Positions 54,736 to 64,000 of a stretch of DNA of 64,000 nt are shown here, one piece after another (positions within the stretch are counted from its first letter, which is position 1; each line of letters opens with the position of its first letter). The translations under genes were made by a program, and so were the position numbers. The notes under the pieces were generated by a model. The model was not told the origin of the DNA and did no database searches. It saw only the letters and a program-made list of their open reading frames with translations. The stretch spans positions 11,284,001 to 11,348,000 of the forward strand of contig OX597826.1 of assembly GCA_951406725.2 (NCBI GenBank), read 5' to 3'. The stretch is from Octopus vulgaris. Lineage: Eukaryota.

Positions 54736-55154
54736 CTGTATATATACACGGATGCATATGTGCGTGCGTGCGTGTACGTGTGTGTCAGGGAATGTATATT
54801 TTCTATTCATAATGAATCCTTACTGTGTGGCAAAAGTAATTTTTAAAGAAATATTTTGTTCATAAAATATCTTTGGATTCTATATATAAATATTGATTTA
54901 TCTTAAAATATATTTGCTTTACGTGAATTGAAATTTCTACATGTGTCTATGTCTGTCTGTCTGTCTACATGTCTGTCTGTCTGTCTACATGTCTGTCTGT
55001 CTGTCTACATGTCTGTCTGTCTGTCTGTCTGTCTACATGTCTGTCTGTCTGTCTCTATCTATCTAACTTTTCTGTTTATATATATATATATGGATCTGGG
55101 TATGAATATATGTATGTATGTGTATATATGGGTGTGTGAGTATGTGTGCTGTGT

Positions 55155-55205
<51 letters not shown>

Positions 55206-55602
55206 GAGTGTATGTGTGTGCCTGTGGGGAGGCGCTCTGTAGGTGTTCGTGTGTGCAATTTCTTTAATAGTTTCGAAAATATATTCCCTTAAAATGTCAA
55301 CATCGTTTCTAAAGAATATTTATATTTTTATTCCAGTACAAAAGAATCTTGACAGAAATATGTAAATAGATAATTCAAATCTATTCACTAATTTAACCAA
55401 TTTCAATTCATTGGTGATAACCAAAAATATTAATAATACATTATTCAAACAGACTTTTATTTAATTTTTCTAACCTTAAACTCTTTATTTCGTTGCATTT
55501 TATATTCGTCCATAAATTATTCTTCATTTTCCTCTTTCTTAACATTTTTGTCCTAGAGAAAAAATAGTTCTTTTTTACGTAAATGTACATATAGATTTAT
55601 GT

Positions 55603-55635
<33 letters not shown>

Positions 55636-55778
55636 CACACACGCACACGCACACACACACATACACACACATATATGGTGAATATAAAATGTATATATAT
55701 ATATATATATAATTTATATATATATATATCATATATATATACATAGATATATATATATGTATATATATCTTTATATAT

Positions 55779-55810
<32 letters not shown>

Positions 55811-55818
55811 GTATATGT

Positions 55819-55850
<32 letters not shown>

Positions 55851-55907
55851 GTATATATATATGTATATATGTATATATATATATAATATATATATATATA
55901 TAGTATA

Positions 55908-55993
<86 letters not shown>

Positions 55994-56308
55994 TGCGAGC
56001 ACGTACACACATATAAAAATATGTTCCTGTATGCGTGTATCTCTGTGTATGTGAGTATGTGTAAGTAAATGCATTTATATTTATGTGTGCATGTATGTAT
56101 GTATTGGTATATATATGTATATATACAAATACATATATTCTCTTATATAGACATATATATATATACATACTTGCTTATATACATAAATAAACATGCACTC
56201 ATGCATTTATTCCCATAAACACACAGAGAGGTACACACACACACACACACACATGTCGGTGCGCGCGTGCTTTTTCTTCTGTATGCTCAGAGGCGTGTAT
56301 ATAATGTC

Positions 56309-56344
<36 letters not shown>

Positions 56345-56406
56345 AAATGATTGATCGAAAGACAGAAATATATATATATATATATATTTCTGTCTTTCAA
56401 TCTATC

Positions 56407-56499
<93 letters not shown>

Positions 56500-57581
56500 C
56501 TCACAAATATTTTTCACACACACATGCACACACACACACTCTAATGCACACATATATGCCTGTGTGTGTGATACTGCGTTTTAAGAACTGCAATAACTCT
56601 TTAGTGCCTTTCTAATTTTTTCTAACCACAGTTTTTTGTTATTTAATTCATTTACGTATTTATTATATTTATTAATCAATTATTCAGCATTTTATTTCAT
56701 TTTGATTAAAATCCACCATCTCCCGACACAAACGTATTTACGCCACAACCACACCTGCTGGTCCCTGCGTCTGCATCTATCTTCTCAGACAGCTTTAGCA
56801 GACGACAACTGCCGAGAATGAAGACAAGCAGCAGACCAATCAAAGATCACTGTTGAATATTTTTATATTTCGTTTATTTCTTTCTTATTATTATTGTTTC
56901 CATATATAAAGTTTCCTTCTCTCACCGCACCATACACCACGCCGTACAACACAAGCGTCCAATTAAATTCTCTAAAGCTTTCTTCTCACAGAACATACCA
57001 AGTGCCTCTACAGATTAACGTTCAAAAATGTACCCGGATGTACTCCTTAGTTTGTTTTTGTCTACCACAAAATATCTACGTTCAGACATTGAGGTAACAT
57101 AATCTAGCTCTTCAATGGAACATTTCGAATCAATTTTACTTGAAAAATAATCAAATTCTATATCATTATTCACCACCGACGTTTTTTTGTTTTGTTTCGT
57201 GGAGTTGTTGAGTCCCTTCAATTTTCACTCTTTTATAGTTACATGAACAATTAATTTACCAAAATACACAAGTACATACATACGAAGTAAACACATAACA
57301 TACAAACGCATACATAGTGTAATACGTGCAAGTATATAAGGACAAACGTACTTGAAGTCGTATAAATACACACACACACACACACACACACATACACACT
57401 CGAACTTATACAGATATATATATATATATATATGTACACACACTTGTATATATATCTATCTATACCTATCTATCTATAGCTCTCTGTGTGTCTGTCTGTG
57501 TGTCTCTATGTGTGTGTGTGTATGTATATATATATATATATATACACATTTATAAATATACATATACATACGTATATATGC

Positions 57582-57612
<31 letters not shown>

Positions 57613-58896
57613 CACACATTTATAAATAAACATATACATACATATACATATATATGTATATATAAATATATACAGGTGTGTATGTATATATATATATATA
57701 TATATATATACATACATACATACACACATACATATATATATATATATATACATTTATACACACACATATATATATATATAAACATACACACACACACATT
57801 TGTAAATGCACACAACCACATACATGCAACAAAGGCAGCAGAGTGCATCCATCACACCCGTTCTTTTCTCAGAATCTAGAACGCGTACACCGTCACACAC
57901 CACACGCACACATACACACACTCACACACACACATACAAACAGACACAAAAACAGACACACAGACACACGCACGCACCCACACCCATTCGAACGCACACA
58001 CACACACACACACACAAACACAAACACACACATGCAGATGCAGACACGCAAAGTCACGTAATCAGACGGATAGATAGATAGATAGACAGATAGATAGCTG
58101 AGAAAAGATATACAAAACAGTGGAAAGTTCTAATTAATCAAATTTCAAAAAACTAAAACTAAAAAAACTAAAAGAAATACGTGTGTTTATCGAGAAGTGT
58201 GTATGTTTTCTTCTCTGTTTATTTTATTTTTTTGCGTCTTTTTTTAAAAAAAAACCAGTCACTGCAACGTGGCCATCAAGAGATACTGCATTTGAAATTG
58301 CGGGTACTTTCGGTTCGTTATCTTAGAAACAACTAATTCTCACCTATTCTTGTATAATCTATTCTTACCCCACTACACACACAAAACCACCATCTTCCTC
58401 CCTACCAACATCACCATCGTCATTAACACCACCAGTATTAAGAATAATACTGTCGCTGTGACCACTACAATACGGTGTGTGTTTTTTTATCTGGGGTGGA
58501 GATCGGCTCGACTTTCATCAAGTGCTCTTCTCATCGCCCAGACGATGAGGGTACCAAATTCTTTTTTTTATATTTTAACCTAGATCAGCTGTTAGTGCTT
58601 CACGTAACCGCTTTCATAACCAATCCCCTATATACGTTTAACCAACTCGTTATGTGTATATTTATTTCACACTGTTAACACTTCTACCTAACATTTATCA
58701 TCTCTCTCTCTCTCCGTCTCTCTCTCTCTCTCACACACTCACTCACATACACAAACACATACGCACACACGACTATACACATGCACATTCAGTCAAACGC
58801 GCATATAAACACACGTATTTCTTTTAGATTTTTAAAATTTGATTAATTAGAACTTTACACTGCTTTGTATATCTTTCCTCATCTATCTATCTATCC

Positions 58897-58958
<62 letters not shown>

Positions 58959-59172
58959 TCTTTTTATCCTCGCCGTCTTTCTCACTCACAGCAACCGCAG
59001 CAGTCAATGTCTTCACCTTGCTCTCCTCACCTTACTCTTCTTCTTCTTCTTCTTCTTCTTCTTCTTCTTCCTTGTTCAAACCATAGTGATGGTTCGGATG
59101 TTGTCAGTTGTGATATATGGTGATGGCAGTGGTGGTGCTGCGTGTTTGTATGTATGTATGTATGTTAGGTGG

Positions 59173-59245
<73 letters not shown>

Positions 59246-59839
59246 CTTTGTGTGTGATAGCTGACCAGAAGAAAACATAGTGTTAGCGATTATAATTGAA
59301 ACTAACCAAAGAATAAACAAGGTTTAAATTGGCTTGTTAAGGAATATCTTAACACCTGGTACTTTTCCGTTGAATGTGTTGCAAAAATCACAGGGTATAT
59401 TGTAGAGACGGTAAATGAGAGAGAAAGAAAAAGCCAAGGAGATCGAGCAAGATAGATGGAGAATGCCAGAGAAACAATGTGAGGGATAGAGAGATAGTAT
59501 ATATATCTGATAATGTAATACAATATCTCAGAAGAAAGCAGATCTAGAGTTATTATGCTACAATCTAGACATTAAACAGAAATGAAGTAAGTTGATTAAT
59601 TACGACAAACGTTGCAATGATGGTTCTCTTTTATTATGTATTTCTATTAAATTAATGGAAAGTTGGCTGATGGCAAGTCAATAGCTTGTTGGTATTGTAG
59701 CCTAAGGGTGAGCCAATATTAAGTGGATTGCACTTGACCGAATGGAGTCGTGTATGTTCTTGCCGAGAGATCGACAGTTCAAATTACGTTAGCGGCACTA
59801 TGCTGTGTTCCTTAACCAAGATTCAACGAATTAAATACC

Positions 59840-60073
59840 TATTTCTTTACAACCCACAAGGGGTTAAACACAGAAGGGACAAACAAGGACAGACAAACGG
59901 ATTAAGTCGATTACATCGACCCCAGTGGGTAACTGGTACTTATTTAATCGACCCCGAAAGGATGAAAGGCAAAGTCGACCTCGGCGGAATTTGAACTCAG
60001 AAACTTAATGGTAGACGAAATACCGCTCAGCATTTCGCCCGGCGTGCTAACGTTTCTGCCAGTTCGCCGCCTT
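59840..60073 (-). mobile_element. Full-length SINE family C with TSD AACGAATTAAATACC
   Basis: 15-bp direct repeat at 59825-59839 and 60078-60092. Confidence 0.9.
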
Positions 60074-60107
60074 ATATAACGAATTAAATACCGTTAAACC
60101 GTGATCA

Positions 60108-60366
60108 GTGGAGGCGCGTGGCTTAGTGGTTAGGGTGTCAGCATCATGATCGTAAGATTGTGGTTTCGATTTCTGGACCGGACGACGCGTTGAGTTCTTG
60201 AGCAAAACTCTTCATTTCACGATGCTCCAGTTTACTCATCTGTCAAAAATAAGTAACGCTGCGATGGACTAGCGTCCCGTCCAGCTGGGGAACACATACG
60301 CCATAGAAACCGGGAAGCCGGTCATTTGAGCCTGGCTAGGCTTTAAAAGGGGGCATTTATTTATTA
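60108..60366 (+). mobile_element. SINE family D copy
   Basis: Near-identical to 20634-20892. Confidence 0.85.
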
Positions 60367-60544
60367 TTTTAATCTGTAATCAACAGAATGACTTCATACG
60401 TCTTTGCTGTATAAAAAGTAATTATTTCTAAATTAGGCAGAAATCAGATATTTGGAGAAGGTTGAAAAGTCGATTACAACAGCCCCAGTATTTCACTGAT
60501 ACTTTATTTTATCGACTTAGGATGAAAAGAAATCCTCACAAACA

Positions 60545-61125
60545 TACTCTTTACTCCTTTACTCCCTTTTACTCTTTTACTTGTTTCTTTTGACTGCGGC
60601 CATGCTGGAGCACCGCCTTTAGTCGAGCAAATCGACCCCAGGACTTATTCTTTGTAAGCCTAGCACTTATTCTATCGGTCTCTTTTGCCGGACCGCTAAG
60701 TTACTGGGACGTAAACACATCAGCATCGGTTGTCAAGTGATATTGCGGGGACAAACACAGACACACACACACACACACACGCATGTATATATACACACAC
60801 ATAATACATAACAATAGGGTAATAAGAAATTATTGTTACCAGTGGCCTAGCACACACAAAAAAACGAATTAGTCATTAGACTATATATTATTCACATAGA
60901 AATACAAGAGGCTTTCAAATAGGAAAACGTAGGAAAGTCGTATATACATATACATACATACGACTGGCTTGTTTCAGTTTCCGTCTGCTAAAATCCACTC
61001 ACGAAGCTTTGGTTGGCCCGAGGTTATAGTAGAAGACACTTGCCCAAAGTGCCACGCAGTGGGACTGAACTCGGAACCATGTGGTTGGTAAGCAAGCTAC
61101 TTACCACATAGCCACTCCTGCGCCT
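60545..61125 (-). mobile_element. SINE family B with ~140-bp insert in its microsatellite
   Basis: Tail 60545-60760 and head 60960-61125 are collinear. Confidence 0.85.
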
Positions 61126-61336
61126 ATGTGACAAGAAAATATGTAAAACGTAAAATACTATGGATGAAGAAACCAAATCAATAATTTATGGGCTACATCT
61201 CTCAATGATGATACCATGAGATCAAGAAAAGTTGGAGGGAACCTCAAAAGCGCACATCCACCACATGCAAGGAACTTGAATACCTAAAACATCTGTCTGG
61301 TAGAAAATAAAACAGAAGTCAATAGAATGTTATACA

Positions 61337-61746
61337 AGCGTAGGAGTGGCTGTGTGGCAAGTAGCTTGCTTACGAACCACATGATTCCGGGTTCAGTTCC
61401 ACTGCGCGGCACCTTGGGTAAGTGTCTTCTACTATAGCCTCGGGCCGACCAAAGCCTTGTGAGCGGATTTGGTAGACGGAAACTGAAAGAAGCCCGTCGT
61501 ATATATGCATATATATATGTATGTGTGTGTATATGTTTGTGTGTCTGTGTTTGTCCCCCCAACATCGCTTGACATCCGATGCTGGTGTGTTTACGTCCCC
61601 GTAACTTAGCGGTTCGGCAAAGAGACCGATAGAATAAGTACTAGGCTTCCAAAGAATAAGTCTTGGGATCGATTTGCTCGACTAAAGGTGGTGCTCCAGC
61701 ATGGCCACAGCCACATGACTGAAACAAGTAAAAGAGTAAAAAGAGA
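61337..61746 (+). mobile_element. Full-length SINE family B
   Basis: Full match to family consensus. Confidence 0.9.
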
Positions 61747-62265
61747 GAGTCACAGACCAGCAAGAACATACATGAACTCCGAGATAGTTATGATTACAGT
61801 TATCATAACACTAACATATCTAGACTGTGCATTGTTGGTAAAGAGTATCAAAATCCATTCATTAAAATCTAGTCCCTAGACCATTGTTTAGTCCATTGCC
61901 AGGCTATAAATTTTAAATTAACTCCAGCCGATTGCGACTCTAATCCAGATTTTAAAAAATTAAGTTGTCAGCTACTCATATCGCAACAGTGCCCAAACTG
62001 TGGATTGTGAGCTGCATGTGGCTTTCAAAGCTATTATACAAGGCTTCCGACAGAATATGTTTCTGCGTCATTTTCCTTAAAAAACCTTTAATGTTTTATG
62101 AGACAGATTTTTAAGTAATAACTGCAAAAACGATAATTCAATGAAAACCTTCAACGAGGGTAATTAATCAATATACTTAGGTGAACAAAACTAAATGACG
62201 GAATATTTTCTTCTTCATAGACATGATTAAAAGATATTAGTTACAGTTTTTGAAAGTTAAAATAT

Positions 62266-62422
62266 GGAGTGGCTGTGTGGTAAGTATCTTGTTTACCAAC
62301 CTCATGGTTCTGGGCTCCGTCCCACTGCGTGACAACTTGAGCAAGTGTCTTCTACTATAGCCTCGGGCCGAGCAAAGCCTTGTGAGTGGAGTTGGTAGAC
62401 GGAAACTGAAAGAAGTCTATCG

Positions 62423-62493
<71 letters not shown>

Positions 62494-62702
62494 TTGTGGG
62501 TCTGTATTTGTCCCTTCAGCATGGCTTGATAACCGATGCTGGTGTGTTTATGTCCCCGTAACTTAGCGGTTCGACAAAAGGATCCGATAAAATAAGCACT
62601 AGGCTTACAAGGAATAAGTCCTGGGGTCGATTTTCTCGACTAAAGGCGGTGCTCCAGCATGGCCGCAGTCAAATGACTGAAACCATCAAAAGAGCAAAAG
62701 AG
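62266..62702 (+). mobile_element. Full-length SINE family B
   Basis: Full match to family consensus. Confidence 0.9.
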
Positions 62703-63159
62703 ATATTGGCTCATCTTATCAATCAACACGGTCCTCCCAGTTATGTTACAATGCTCTCGATCTGATTTACAAATACTAGGTTCAGATTTTGGCACAGAAC
62801 CAGCAGTTTTTGAAGGGGAGGAGGAAGTCGATTACATCGACCTCCAGTACTTGACTAGTACTTGCTTATTTTATCAATCCGCAAAGGATGAAAAGCAAAG
62901 ACAATCGCAGCGAATTTTGAACTCAGAACGTAGAAACAGACAAGAATGCCGCTAAGCAGTTTGGCCGGTGTGTTAACGATTCAGCCAGCACGCCGCCACC
63001 TAATTCAGAAATATTATCTCACCGAAGCCAGCCAGCGTAGGGAAATATTATCACCTGGACAGTGTGTAAGTATTCTGTCTTAATTTCAATTACTTTATCT
63101 AAGAAATATGGAATTGAAACTATGTTATATTTGTCTCTTTAGTTTTGAATATATCTTAT

Positions 63160-63575
63160 ACTCTAACTCTTTACTCTTTTACTTGTTTCAATAATTTCAC
63201 CGCGGCCATGCTGGTGCACCACCTTTAGTCGAGCAAATCGACCCCAGGACTAATTCTTTGTAAGCCTAGTACTTATTCTATGGGTCTCTTTTGCCGAACC
63301 GCTAAGTTACGGGGACTTAAACACACCAGCATCGGTTGTCAAGCGATGTTCGGAGGACAAACACAGACACACAAACACATACTCACACATACATATATAT
63401 ACATATATACGACGGGCTTCTTTCAGTTTCCGTCTACCAAATCCACTCACAAGGCTTTGGTCGGCCCGAGGCTATAGTAGAAGACACTTGCCCAAGGTGC
63501 CACGCACTGGGACTGAACCCGGAACCATGTGGTTGGTAAGCAAGTTACTTACCACACAACCACTCCTGCGCCTAT
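63160..63575 (-). mobile_element. Full-length SINE family B
   Basis: Reverse-strand full match. Confidence 0.9.
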
Positions 63576-64000
63576 ATTAAACTTAATTCATTAAATTAAT
63601 TTTTAAATTCTCATTCTACAGTACTTCTACACCATTCTGAGGCATTCTACACGAGATTAATCATATTCTGTGATCAACAGAATGACTTCATACGTCTTTG
63701 CTGTATAAAAAGTAATCTATATATTCTTTCTTGTCTCGAGGTTCACAGCCAAACGGCTGGGTGGATTCGTGTGAAAAATGGCACACGTGTGGGGACGAGT
63801 GCATAGATTGAAATGCGGTTTGTATTTTTTCCTAAACCCGAGAAAATCGATTAAAACTTTTTCTAATGGAATTTCCCTCTTTCTTCTGTCATTAAAACAA
63901 CCAGTTGCTTAGAAGCTGTTTTCTGACGGGTTGGGGTCAAGAAATTTTCTCTTCAATCGAAACAGGGGACCCGAAATGATAAGGTTGACAAACGCTGTTA

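Overview
AT-rich, microsatellite-saturated animal genomic DNA. The SINE families and repeat style point to an octopus (Octopus sp.); this is inferred from recognisable repeats. The only convincing host coding sequence is the first coding exon of a Dbx-class (developing brain homeobox) gene on the minus strand (11571-10158). It keeps the conserved N-terminal motifs (MFxxVLAP, SFLVENLLR, FLKFGMNAIL) but is greatly expanded by homopolymer tracts and ends in a phase-1 GT donor. The homeodomain exons are not visible and probably lie beyond position 1. A CCAAT+TATA pair at about 15.3 kb is a candidate promoter. The remainder is gene-poor intron and upstream DNA packed with four tRNA-derived SINE families, two decayed mariner transposons, RTE and R4/Dong LINE fragments and a MITE. 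Nearly all ORFs in the supplied track are microsatellite artefacts. The most notable unannotated signal is a set of short inserts, mostly within (TA)n tracts, from several unrelated sequence families. Each carries a type I hammerhead-ribozyme-like fold whose stem III is usually self-complementary, the dimer-type architecture known from Penelope-like retroelements. One copy is fully canonical (31917-32007), two are well-formed CCGAAGA variants, and one of those sits in a perfect 100-bp inverted repeat inside the presumed Dbx intron. Repeat boundaries are approximate and all folds were assigned by eye.
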